A stretch of DNA of 64,000 bases, taken from the NCBI GenBank assembly GCA_964454445.1, contig CAYVTD010000003.1, positions 7,300 to 71,299 of the forward strand. Reading direction: 5' to 3'. Position numbers and translations under genes: made by a program. The notes under the pieces were generated by a model. That model was not told where the DNA came from. It saw only the letters and a list, made by a program, of their open reading frames with translations, and ran no database searches. This stretch comes from an uncultured Hyphomicrobiales bacterium (lineage in GTDB: Bacteria > Bacteroidota > Ignavibacteria > Kapaibacteriales > UBA2268). Below, one piece after another: positions 47,039 through 56,543 of the stretch; the first letter of the stretch is position 1; every line of letters begins with the position of its first letter.

Positions 47039-48070
47039 TTATTCCTCCTCTTTGAATGAAATATCTTGATCTACGAGGTCATCTTCGGTCAGTTGGCGGG
47101 TAATCCTAACAGCCTTTTTTCCTTCGACGCTGCCAGGTCGAGCGGCGAGCTTGCGTTTTCTTCCGATAAAGACTTCGATTTCTTGATTTATTCTTTTATC
47201 GAGCTTAATCACATCGCCTGACTGGAGTTGCAATAGCTCTCGAACTGTAATGCTGGCACTGCCAAGTTCAGCTTTGACAGGCAGATAGGTTGTTGACATT
47301 TGTTGTTTCATTACCTGCATATTCTCGAGTTGCCGTTTCGGAGACGTTCTGCCAATGGTTGCAGTAACTTGCTGCCGGTTCAAGCGGGCTAGAACTTCTT
47401 CGAGAGCAAAAGTAGGGAAGCATAGATTCATCAAATATGAATGTACTCCAATATTTACGTCGAAAGAAACTACAACAACAATTTCCGAAGATGGTGCTAT
47501 TTGTACAAAATCTGCCTCCATTTCGAGACGCTGATATTTAAAGTGCAAATCGGCAATGGACTGCCATGAGTTACGCAAATCGGAAAGACAATGCTCGATA
47601 AGCCCGCGAATGACTGCTTGCTCAATCGGAGTTATAGACCTCGTTTTGGCTTGCGTTTCGGCGCTACCACCGAGCAAGCGCTCGACGATGGTTAATGCCA
47701 ATTGGGGGCTAACTTCTAAAATACCGCTTCCGTCGGTGCCTTCTATATCAAAGACATACAAGCAGCTCGGATTTGCTACAGACAATATGAATTCTGAATA
47801 AAACAACTGGTCAACTGATGTTACAGATATGGACACTATAGTTTGCAATTTCGAAACGAGATAATAGCTAAAGACCTCTGCAAAGCTCTCGTGAACGGTT
47901 TGCAAAGTTCTTACCTGATTCTTGGAAATTCGGTTAGGACGGCGAAAATCGTAGCTTGAAATGTCGCCTTTGTCGATTCTGCCACTTAGAACATCATCGA
48001 CATCCATCGAACCTGAAGTCATTTCCGAGAGCAGGTTGTCTATTTCGTTTTGCGATAGTACCTCAGCCAT
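47039..48070 (-). CDS. fliM: Flagellar motor switch protein FliM
   Basis: N-terminal LSQNEIDNLL CheY-binding motif and a FliM middle domain. Length 343 aa. Confidence 0.85.
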   Translation of the reverse strand: MAEVLSQNEIDNLLSEMTSGSMDVDDVLSGRIDKGDISSYDFRRPNRISKNQVRTLQTVHESFAEVFSYYLVSKLQTIVSISVTSVDQLFYSEFILSVANPSCLYVFDIEGTDGSGILEVSPQLALTIVERLLGGSAETQAKTRSITPIEQAVIRGLIEHCLSDLRNSWQSIADLHFKYQRLEMEADFVQIAPSSEIVVVVSFDVNIGVHSYLMNLCFPTFALEEVLARLNRQQVTATIGRTSPKRQLENMQVMKQQMSTTYLPVKAELGSASITVRELLQLQSGDVIKLDKRINQEIEVFIGRKRKLAARPGSVEGKKAVRITRQLTEDDLVDQDISFKEEE

Positions 48071-48078
48071 TGTTTCTT

Positions 48079-48726
48079 TTATTGGATTATTATTTCTTGT
48101 AAAATCACATCTTTCAGCAGCATTTTCCCTTGGCGGAAAATAGGTTTAAGTTCTTTTTTAAATACATTGGGCAGCGAATCCTGTTGCGATTTTATCTGCT
48201 CGGCAGTATATTTGCCAAGTACCATATTAACGCCGCCTCTGATACGTGCAATTATTGTTGGCGAAAGGGCAGCTGCACCTCCTTCCTCTCCACTCTCTTT
48301 TTCACCGGGCTTGGTCAAATAAATCAAGCCTAGATTGATGACCACGAAGCGGTCGGTCGAGCCACTCGGATTGGTGGTTATCCTTCCGGTTTCGACAAAA
48401 TGAGTGTTTTCATCTTTTTGAAAGAAAGAGACATCTTCTTCGTCCATCCAAGCATCTCTTTTCTTTTCGGCTTCTTTCGCAAGTTCCTCTTTACTCTTTT
48501 CTCCGATTGCTGTACTATCAAGGCGTCCAGCGCCGGTAAGCTGTTTTAGATCTGGAAAAACTAAGAATTTAAAAGCTAGAAATAGTATAATTACCATAAT
48601 TACAACAGTGCCTGCAATGATGCCGACGAGTTGGACAATACCTGGAATACCGGAATTGCCTTTGGGTTTTTCAGGCACTTGTTTAGGTTCTTTACTCTCT
48701 TCGGGCGCCGGTTTGTCTTTTGCCAT
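48079..48726 (-). CDS. fliL: Flagellar basal-body-associated protein FliL
   Basis: N-terminal TM helix, FVVINLG motif, and its position upstream of fliM. Confidence 0.6.
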   Translation of the reverse strand: MAKDKPAPEESKEPKQVPEKPKGNSGIPGIVQLVGIIAGTVVIMVIILFLAFKFLVFPDLKQLTGAGRLDSTAIGEKSKEELAKEAEKKRDAWMDEEDVSFFQKDENTHFVETGRITTNPSGSTDRFVVINLGLIYLTKPGEKESGEEGGAAALSPTIIARIRGGVNMVLGKYTAEQIKSQQDSLPNVFKKELKPIFRQGKMLLKDVILQEIIIQ

Positions 48727-49033
48727 TTTTTTAATGCCAATTCTTTGTTAAACTTCTTGTAATTCATTTATTGCAAACTTTTGCCAAGCAATAAATATTT
48801 ATATTGACCGCAAAAAACAAAAGATTATTTTATTTTTATTATCGACATAAAGTCAATAATATTTAATGAAAAAAATACTGATTAAAAAACGTGCCACAAG
48901 AATGGATTAATTCACCTTGTTGGTTTATAATCAGTTAGCTATGAAACATTTTTCCATTATTTGCTTAAAAATTTCTTTTGGCGGTTACTATTAGCCTTTC
49001 TGATGAATTATGCCTATAAAGCTAATTCTGCCA

Positions 49034-52000
49034 TTATTTTATAATAATTTTCTGAATAAATGATTTACCCCCGCAATTGAAAATTGCGAGATATACTCCC
49101 GATGGCAACATTCTCAAATCGAGTTTCTGTTGGCTTTTATGACCGGAATTTTTGATGATCGAGCTAAAGACTTTATTACCAATTAGATTAGTTATTTCAA
49201 GTGTAATATCACTGCAAATATTATCGGAAATTTCAAGATAAAAGACTCCATCTGACGGATTGGGGGTTGTCTTGATAAACGATTCGCTTGCAGATAAATC
49301 ATCAATTCCTGTTGTGAAAGAGAATTCGTCAGACAAAGTGCTGCAACCATTTTCGCCAAAAACAGCAACTTGATATTTGCCATTGCTTCCAGGTTTATGT
49401 TCATTTGAAATAGCGCCTTGGATAGGATTGCCGTTTAAATACCATTGATAAGCAGAGGCAGATGATGAGGTTTTTAAAACAGGACCATCTAAATAAATGT
49501 CAGGCTTGGCTGGTACAGGCAAGAAATAGAGATTGAAAATATCTGATGTATCAGAACAACCATTAGAAGTAATGCCAATGACGGCTATCGGGCCTGCTTC
49601 GCTTACTTCAGTAGAAATGCCTGTGGCGCCATTAGACCAATAGTATTCTTTAAAACCAATTGTTGCCCGGAGACGAACTTTTTCGCCTTCGCAAACTGGA
49701 TATTTTGTTGCTGTGGATATGGTGATTTCTGGAACACTGAAAACGTTTATTATTACATCTTTCGAAGATGCTTTGCAACCTTGCTCATCGGTAATGGTAA
49801 CAAAATAAGTACCTCTTTGATTGACAGTAATGCTTTTCGATGTTTTGCCATTGTTCCATTCGTAAGAAACGTACCCATCTGGGGCAGTCAATATGCAAGA
49901 ACCTCCTTGACAAAACTCTGTATCGCCAATTATTGCTATTTCAGGTTTTGCGATATTGCAATTATTCACTTTTGTTTCCCAAAGTCCACGAGCATAAGTT
50001 GCTGCCCTTAATTTACTTGTACCATAATGAATATGTAAATCTGTAACGACTACATTAGGCAAGCCATTATCCATTTGTATCCAGTCATTGAGCGTATTAT
50101 CCTTGTAAAAAACACCGATATCAGTGCCAATATACAAACGGCCGGGCGAATTTTTTTGATATGTAATTGCATTTGCAGGTACACTCGGTAAACTACCTGA
50201 AATATCTGTTACTTTTATTCCGTTTACCTCCATAACTTTATAACTGTTTTTATATCCGGAAAGGGTTATCCAACATCTATCTTTGTTTTTTGGATCTGCC
50301 TCAATGTCGGATATAGCAGCTCCAGCCCTAAATAATATTGTCCAATTTTTTCCACCGTCGTGGGTTACGGCTAGCATATTCATCGAAGATGCATAGATTG
50401 TCGAAGCGTCTGCCTCAGTTAAAGCAATGCAGTCGATCTTATAATTACTCGAAGGAAAAGCTATTTTTTCCCATTGTGCTCCGCGGGTTGTTGTTTTCCA
50501 AAGATTTACAAGTCCGACGTACATTACAGCAGGATCTTTGGGATCCATAGCTATTGGCGAAACCCAAGCACCAGTTTCCCCGGTTGTTCTGTCGTCGAGC
50601 ATATAGAAAAAGGAAGTTCCTCCATTGGTTGACCGCCAAAATGAGCCGTAGTACATCGAAGCATACAAGTATTGCTTGTTTGTATAATCAATTTTGCAGT
50701 CCATTCCGTCTCCGCCGAGAATGTTAGACCAGCTTGAGCCGTTTTTGATGTGGGTGCCATTGTCTTGCGTACCACCAATGATAAAGCTTTCGTCGCCAGG
50801 GTATTGGTCGATTTTATAGAATTGCGTAATAGCAAGGGAGTTGCTAAGGTCGGTCCAGTTTTTACCGCTGTTTGTCGTTTTGTTTACTCCTCCATCGGTA
50901 CAGGCATAGAGAGCGCCATCGGGGCTGTATTTTAGAGAATGAATATCTGCGTGAATCCACGGGGCAGTCCAACCCTGCCAATCCGTTACCAAATCGAAGC
51001 TCGATCCTCCGTTGCCTGTTTTCCAAACGTTAACTCCTGCAATGAAAACATTGTTTGGATTCTTGGGGTCAACAACGATGGCTAAATCATACAAACCTTG
51101 TCCACCTGCTCCCGAACCGCTTGTATAATAATGCAGGTAGTTGGGGTGAGTCCCTTTTCTTGCTCTTGTTTCCCAAGATTCGCCACCATCGGTGCTGCGC
51201 AAAAAAGAATGGAAACCCATATCATTTCCGGCAGCAATAGCGTAAACTGTATTGGCATCAGCTTTAGAAACAGCCAAAGCAATACGCACTACATCGTTGA
51301 ATTGTATTTTTTTTGCAAGCTCACCTGTCTCGGGATTGACAAATGCTATTGAAAATATGTATTTATTTTCTGAAACTTCGCGAAATGCCCCAATGATTTT
51401 TTCCGGGTCGCTGGAATTAAATTCGAGATCGCGGCAATATAGAGCAGATAATAATTTCCAGGATTCTCCGCCATCGATGCTTTTGTACAGCCCGGCGCTT
51501 GTGCCTGCATAGATGATATTTTCGTTTAGAGGATGCACCAAAATTCTGTTAATCAATAGTTTGTTGGCAATTTCAAGGTTCTGCCCATATAAAGGCTTGG
51601 TTAGTTTCCAGGTAGCGCCATCATCAGTAGTTTTTACTATACCTATGGAATAATTATATAAAACACCGAGAAAACCGGCTGCGTCGGCATCGCCGGTAGC
51701 GGCATAAACAACAGATGGATTGCTCGGGGCAACAGCGATATCGGATATGCCTATAGAAAGAAATTCAGTAAAAGGGAAAGTTTGCCATGCGCCTCCACCA
51801 TTAGTTGTTTTCCATACTCCACCAAAGGAGGCGCCTGTCCAAATGATATTTTTATTTGTCGGGTGGAAGGAGATGCAATTAGTCCTACCCAAACCTGCCG
51901 GTGAATAATCAGGATGTTGCTTGGGCTTTACAAACGGTCCAAGTGCTGTCCATTTGTATAAATTATTGTCGAGAGGCGAGTTTTTGTTAATATTCTTTTC

Positions 52001-52297
52001 ACGATAATTTTGATAATCGGTATAAATTTTGTGGAAATCGGGAAAAACATTGTCTGGGAACAATCTTTTTTCCCAGAACCATTCCAATCTTTTAAATTGC
52101 TTCCAGCCTGTGCATTTCGCGGGAGTTTTGTCCTGCCAATATTCTCTAAATTCTTGCTGTGCATCTTGAAAGTTCGCTTTGGCAACATTACTTGGGTGTG
52201 TAATCCAAGGTTGTGCTTGCATTGCTAATGGTGAAATGAATAGCCAAAATATTACTCCAATGTAAAAAAAGCTGTATTTTCTATTAACATATCTCAT
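49034..52297 (-). CDS. T9SS-secreted BNR/sortilin-like beta-propeller protein with Ig-like domains
   Basis: Signal peptide. Asp-box repeats TTDDGATW, SIDGGESW, STDGGESW, TTNGGGAW, THDGGKNW. The C-terminus ...TTPNPSDGVFYLEIS...GVYLAIFNCGGKSFIQKIIIK is a T9SS CTD. Confidence 0.8.
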   Translation of the reverse strand: MRYVNRKYSFFYIGVIFWLFISPLAMQAQPWITHPSNVAKANFQDAQQEFREYWQDKTPAKCTGWKQFKRLEWFWEKRLFPDNVFPDFHKIYTDYQNYREKNINKNSPLDNNLYKWTALGPFVKPKQHPDYSPAGLGRTNCISFHPTNKNIIWTGASFGGVWKTTNGGGAWQTFPFTEFLSIGISDIAVAPSNPSVVYAATGDADAAGFLGVLYNYSIGIVKTTDDGATWKLTKPLYGQNLEIANKLLINRILVHPLNENIIYAGTSAGLYKSIDGGESWKLLSALYCRDLEFNSSDPEKIIGAFREVSENKYIFSIAFVNPETGELAKKIQFNDVVRIALAVSKADANTVYAIAAGNDMGFHSFLRSTDGGESWETRARKGTHPNYLHYYTSGSGAGGQGLYDLAIVVDPKNPNNVFIAGVNVWKTGNGGSSFDLVTDWQGWTAPWIHADIHSLKYSPDGALYACTDGGVNKTTNSGKNWTDLSNSLAITQFYKIDQYPGDESFIIGGTQDNGTHIKNGSSWSNILGGDGMDCKIDYTNKQYLYASMYYGSFWRSTNGGTSFFYMLDDRTTGETGAWVSPIAMDPKDPAVMYVGLVNLWKTTTRGAQWEKIAFPSSNYKIDCIALTEADASTIYASSMNMLAVTHDGGKNWTILFRAGAAISDIEADPKNKDRCWITLSGYKNSYKVMEVNGIKVTDISGSLPSVPANAITYQKNSPGRLYIGTDIGVFYKDNTLNDWIQMDNGLPNVVVTDLHIHYGTSKLRAATYARGLWETKVNNCNIAKPEIAIIGDTEFCQGGSCILTAPDGYVSYEWNNGKTSKSITVNQRGTYFVTITDEQGCKASSKDVIINVFSVPEITISTATKYPVCEGEKVRLRATIGFKEYYWSNGATGISTEVSEAGPIAVIGITSNGCSDTSDIFNLYFLPVPAKPDIYLDGPVLKTSSSASAYQWYLNGNPIQGAISNEHKPGSNGKYQVAVFGENGCSTLSDEFSFTTGIDDLSASESFIKTTPNPSDGVFYLEISDNICSDITLEITNLIGNKVFSSIIKNSGHKSQQKLDLRMLPSGVYLAIFNCGGKSFIQKIIIK

Positions 52298-52522
52298 TCT
52301 AATACTATCTCCTAAAAAACCCCAAGAAATAACATTGCCTTACTTGCAAAAGATAAAAACTGTAAGTTAGTGAATTATTTGATAACAACCATATCGACAA
52401 TACATTAACGTCTTTTAATAAATTGTATTGAATAAGGTGTCTAAAATACATAAGTTTTATTTCGTCAATAGCTTTAGCTTTTTTTTCAATCAAAATTTAT
52501 TCAAAAAATATTAAACAAAGAA

Positions 52523-53677
52523 ATGAGAACTATCGAAGCGCAGCGTTTGTCGGGCATTCCTGAATCAATTTTTACAACAATTTCCCAACTTGCTTTTCAG
52601 CATAATGCCGTCAATCTTGGTCAGGGTTTCCCTGATTTTGATGGGCCTGAATGGCTGATGCAAGCAGCTTATAGTGCTATGAAAGCAGGAAAGAATCAAT
52701 ATGCTCCCTCGAGTGGCATTTTTTCTTTAAGGAAGGAAATATGCGAAAATCAAAACAAGTATTATGGTTTGCAATGGGATAATGAAAAGAATGTTACGAT
52801 TACTTCTGGAGCTACTGAAGCTATTTATACCACAATAACAGCCCTGGTCGATGAGGGCGACGAAGTCATCATGTTCGAGCCGTTTTACGATTCCTATCAA
52901 GCAGTAGTGAAGCTTGCCGGCGGAGTCGAAAAATATGTTACATTGAAAAAGCCTGATTTCCATTTTGATTTCGACGAACTCGAAGCTTTGATTAATAAAA
53001 GAACAAAAATCATAATCATCAATACTCCCCACAACCCAAGTGGAAAGATTTTTAACAACGAAGAGCTGCAATTCATTGCGAAACTTGCAGTTAAAAACGA
53101 TTTGATTGTCGTTTCCGACGAGGTTTATGAATTTTTAACTTATGATGGTATAGAGCATCGGTCGATAGCAGAATTTCCAGAGATGATGGAAAGAACCGTT
53201 ATCATATCTTCGACAGGCAAGACTTTTAGTATGACCGGCTGGAAAATCGGTTGGGCTATCGCAAGCGAAATAATTACAGGTGCAATCAGAAAAGTCCATC
53301 AGTGGACAACGTTTGCATCGAACACACCTGCTCAACAGGCGATGGCTTTCGCACTTACACAACTCGACTCTTACATTCCTGAATTTCGGAAAATGTATCT
53401 TCAAAAGCGTGATTTGATTTATTCCAAACTTTTAGAAACCCGTTTTACTCCTTATAAACCGTATGGGAGCTATTTCATTTTGGCGGATATGCCTGAAGAT
53501 ACAAAAACTAAAGGAATTGAATTTGCCAAGGAGCTCATCGTTAATTCTGGTGTTGCCACTATTCCTGTTTCAATTTTTTATAAAAAATCAGACGAAGGCG
53601 ATACAATGATACGTTTATGTTTCGCCAAAAGTAATGATACTATTTATAAAGGAATTGACTTATTAAGAAATGTGTGA
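52523..53677 (+). CDS. PLP-dependent aminotransferase, class I/II
   Basis: SSTGKTFSMTGWKIGW lysine region. Length 384 aa. Confidence 0.8.
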   Translation: MRTIEAQRLSGIPESIFTTISQLAFQHNAVNLGQGFPDFDGPEWLMQAAYSAMKAGKNQYAPSSGIFSLRKEICENQNKYYGLQWDNEKNVTITSGATEAIYTTITALVDEGDEVIMFEPFYDSYQAVVKLAGGVEKYVTLKKPDFHFDFDELEALINKRTKIIIINTPHNPSGKIFNNEELQFIAKLAVKNDLIVVSDEVYEFLTYDGIEHRSIAEFPEMMERTVIISSTGKTFSMTGWKIGWAIASEIITGAIRKVHQWTTFASNTPAQQAMAFALTQLDSYIPEFRKMYLQKRDLIYSKLLETRFTPYKPYGSYFILADMPEDTKTKGIEFAKELIVNSGVATIPVSIFYKKSDEGDTMIRLCFAKSNDTIYKGIDLLRNV

Positions 53678-53703
53678 TGATAAAGCTGCTTAAGAATATT
53701 TAA

Positions 53704-54183
53704 ATGCCAATAATAGATGATAATATTGAATCAGGAGACGCTTTTTGGATGCAAGTGGCTTTAGACTTGGCAAGCATGGCGGCAGAAAACGAAGATGTGC
53801 CTGTTGGATGCGTTATTGTCAAAGATGAGGCTATCATTGGCAAAGGATATAATTGTGTTGAGAAAGATAAAGATGCCACTGCTCATGCCGAGTTAATTGC
53901 AATAAAAGAAGCTATTAAAACAGCTGGTTACAAGCATTTGCTTGACACAAAGATATATACGACACTTGAGCCTTGTTCTATGTGTGCCGGGGCTATTGTT
54001 CTTGCCAGAATTTCTGAAATTATTATTGCTGCAGACGACTTAAAAGCTGGCGCTTGTGGTTCTGTTTTGAATATTGCTCAAAACGAAAGGTTAAATCATA
54101 GATGCGTAATTAGAAGAGGGGTTTTAAGAGAAGAAAGCGAGCTAATGATTAAAGATTTTTTCAAAAAGCTAAGAGAAAAGTAA
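53704..54183 (+). CDS. tadA: tRNA-specific adenosine deaminase
   Basis: HAELIAI and PCSMCAGA zinc-binding deaminase motifs. Confidence 0.85.
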   Translation: MPIIDDNIESGDAFWMQVALDLASMAAENEDVPVGCVIVKDEAIIGKGYNCVEKDKDATAHAELIAIKEAIKTAGYKHLLDTKIYTTLEPCSMCAGAIVLARISEIIIAADDLKAGACGSVLNIAQNERLNHRCVIRRGVLREESELMIKDFFKKLREK

Positions 54184-54184
54184 G

Positions 54185-54913
54185 ATGGACAATAATATTG
54201 AAATTCTTGGTAGTTTATATATTGTGCCAACTCCGATAGGAAACCTCGAGGATATAACGTTTCGTTCGCTCAAGACCTTGAATTCCGTTGATATTATTGC
54301 CTGCGAAGATACCCGGGAAACTTCGAAATTGCTTAACCATTATAAGATAAATGGGAAAACACTTGAGAGTTACCACGAGCATAATGAAGAAACTAAAAAT
54401 CATTATTTGTTGAGTTTGCTTAAGTCGGGTAAAAAAATTGCATTAGTTTCCGATGCAGGCACACCCACAGTTTCCGATCCTGGATATAAACTTGTTCGTT
54501 TATGCTTGCATAATGGAATTAATGTTGTTCCCTTGCCGGGTGCTTCTGCAATGCTGACAGCACTGACAGCAAGCGGTTTACCGACAGATAAATTCACATT
54601 CTTTGGCTTTCCACCTCAAAAAAAAGGTCGGTCAGAATTTTTGAAATCTATTGCCAATCATCCATTTACATCTATTATTTATGAATCGCCACATAAAATC
54701 TTGGATTTCGTCGGCGATTTAGCAGAAATTCTCGAAGAATCACGCGAAATATGTATAGCAAGAGAACTAACAAAAAAATTTGAAGAGATTTTTTTAGGGA
54801 CGATCTCTGAAGCAAAGGAATTCTTAGCGAAAAAAGATAGGATTTTGGGTGAATTTGTAGTAATTTTGTCGGGAAAAGAAAAAGATAAAATGGAAAACAA
54901 TGAGGATAACTGA
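54185..54913 (+). CDS. rsmI: 16S rRNA (cytidine1402-2'-O)-methyltransferase
   Basis: Tetrapyrrole-methylase fold N-terminus LYIVPTPIGNLEDIT. Confidence 0.85.
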   Translation: MDNNIEILGSLYIVPTPIGNLEDITFRSLKTLNSVDIIACEDTRETSKLLNHYKINGKTLESYHEHNEETKNHYLLSLLKSGKKIALVSDAGTPTVSDPGYKLVRLCLHNGINVVPLPGASAMLTALTASGLPTDKFTFFGFPPQKKGRSEFLKSIANHPFTSIIYESPHKILDFVGDLAEILEESREICIARELTKKFEEIFLGTISEAKEFLAKKDRILGEFVVILSGKEKDKMENNEDN

Positions 54914-55518
54914 TGCTTATAACTTTTGAGGGGATTGACGGCTCTGGCAAATCGACGCAAATTAAGCTTTTATCTGATTATTTAAAATCCATCGGTCATC
55001 AAGTTATTCAGTTTCGCGAACCTGGAAGTAGCCATGTCTCTGAAATAATCAGGTCTTTGCTACTAGACAAGGATTCCTCGATAACTCCTATTACAGAGCT
55101 ATTTCTTTTCGAGGCTGCCCGGTCTGAATTAGTCGAAAGACATGTGATTCCTGCACTAAAAGAGGGTAAAACTGTACTTATAGACCGTTTCTATGACTCT
55201 ACGACTGCTTACCAGGGCTATGGCAGGGAACTCGATATCGACAACGTAAAAACTTGTAATATGTTTGCAACACAAGGATTTATTCCTGATTTGACCTTTT
55301 TCCTCGATATTTCAATTAAAACGTCTGCAAAACGCTCCACAGATAAGGAGAAAGACAGAATGGAAATGGCTGGAAATGCGTTTTTTAAAAGGGTTATAGC
55401 CGGATTTAAGCAGATTGCAAACGATGAGCCGGACAGGTTTCATATTATTAATGCAAATGGAGATGTTTTGCAAACGCATAATTTGATTGTAAACATAGTT
55501 ACTCAACGTTTAGTATAG
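54913..55518 (+). CDS. tmk: Thymidylate kinase
   Basis: P-loop FEGIDGSGKST. Its start overlaps the rsmI stop. Confidence 0.9.
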   Translation: MLITFEGIDGSGKSTQIKLLSDYLKSIGHQVIQFREPGSSHVSEIIRSLLLDKDSSITPITELFLFEAARSELVERHVIPALKEGKTVLIDRFYDSTTAYQGYGRELDIDNVKTCNMFATQGFIPDLTFFLDISIKTSAKRSTDKEKDRMEMAGNAFFKRVIAGFKQIANDEPDRFHIINANGDVLQTHNLIVNIVTQRLV

Positions 55519-55606
55519 ATTCTCATAATTAATCTAAAATTATTAGAATTATAAAAAAATATTTAAATTTGAAAAAAGTATCAAGTATTTTTTAAAGGGA
55601 ATTACA

Positions 55607-56533
55607 ATGAAATTACGTTATATTGCTCTCTTGCCAATCATATTATTTTCAATAGCTTTGCTTGTTTCTTGCAGTGAAAAGAAAGAAAAACCCAGCTTGG
55701 AAGAAATTCTTGGTAAAGATTTTTTTGCTGAAGATTCTGCAAAAGCCAAGCAGCAAAGACAACAACAACCAAACCAACAGCAGCAACAACAGCAAAGACA
55801 AGGTGCTCCTAGTGCAGGACAACAAGGGCAAATGCCTCCTCAGCCTCAGGCTCAGGTAGATCCACAACTGCAACAGATATATCAAAAAGCTATTGAAAAA
55901 ATGAACAAAAACGATATAAAAGGTGGTATTGCTGAGCTTACTAAAGCCATTAAAATGAATCAATTTATCCCCGATCTTTATCAAACTCGCGGCGTAGCAC
56001 TGATGCGTCTCAACAATTTTGATTTAGCTCTTCAGGATTTTAGCAAAGCAATAGCTCTTAATCCTGATTTTGTTCAAGCATACCAAATGCGTTCAAATAT
56101 CTATATGCAAAAAAATCAGCTTAAAAATGCCGCCTCAGATCTTAGGCATTTGGCACGTCTTATGCCTCCGGAGCCTCCCCAGCAAAAATCTGCTGCTTTT
56201 TCCCGGGCTGGCAGCATTAGCATTCAGGCAAACGACTTCGAAGGTGCCAAGCAACTCTTCGATCAGGCATTAAAATTTGATGCAAACAATGTCGAGGCAA
56301 TAACAGGCATGGGATACCTTTATATGCAACAGCAGAAGATTGAAAATGCAATGAATAATTTCAACAAGGCAATTCAACTCTATCCAAGCAATGGGCCCGC
56401 TTTATTCTATCGTGGCAGTTTGAAAATTGCACTTGGCGATACTGCTGGTGCCTGTGCAGACTGGGAAAAATCCAAGAGTTTTAATTATCCTCAGGCAAGT
56501 AAATTGCTCGAAAAATTTTGCAATAAAAAGTAA
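55607..56533 (+). CDS. TPR-repeat lipoprotein with a Gln-rich low-complexity linker
   Basis: Lipobox LLVSC. Poly-Q tract QQRQQQPNQQQQQQQRQ. TPR helices. Confidence 0.7.
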   Translation: MKLRYIALLPIILFSIALLVSCSEKKEKPSLEEILGKDFFAEDSAKAKQQRQQQPNQQQQQQQRQGAPSAGQQGQMPPQPQAQVDPQLQQIYQKAIEKMNKNDIKGGIAELTKAIKMNQFIPDLYQTRGVALMRLNNFDLALQDFSKAIALNPDFVQAYQMRSNIYMQKNQLKNAASDLRHLARLMPPEPPQQKSAAFSRAGSISIQANDFEGAKQLFDQALKFDANNVEAITGMGYLYMQQQKIENAMNNFNKAIQLYPSNGPALFYRGSLKIALGDTAGACADWEKSKSFNYPQASKLLEKFCNKK

Positions 56534-56543
56534 TTATCTATTT

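Noticed and set aside
56427-56543. Upstream start for the GH13-like ORF
   Set aside because: That start would overlap the TPR gene by more than 100 nt and adds a non-conserved hydrophobic peptide. The start at 56544 (MQALESIKK) is preferred.
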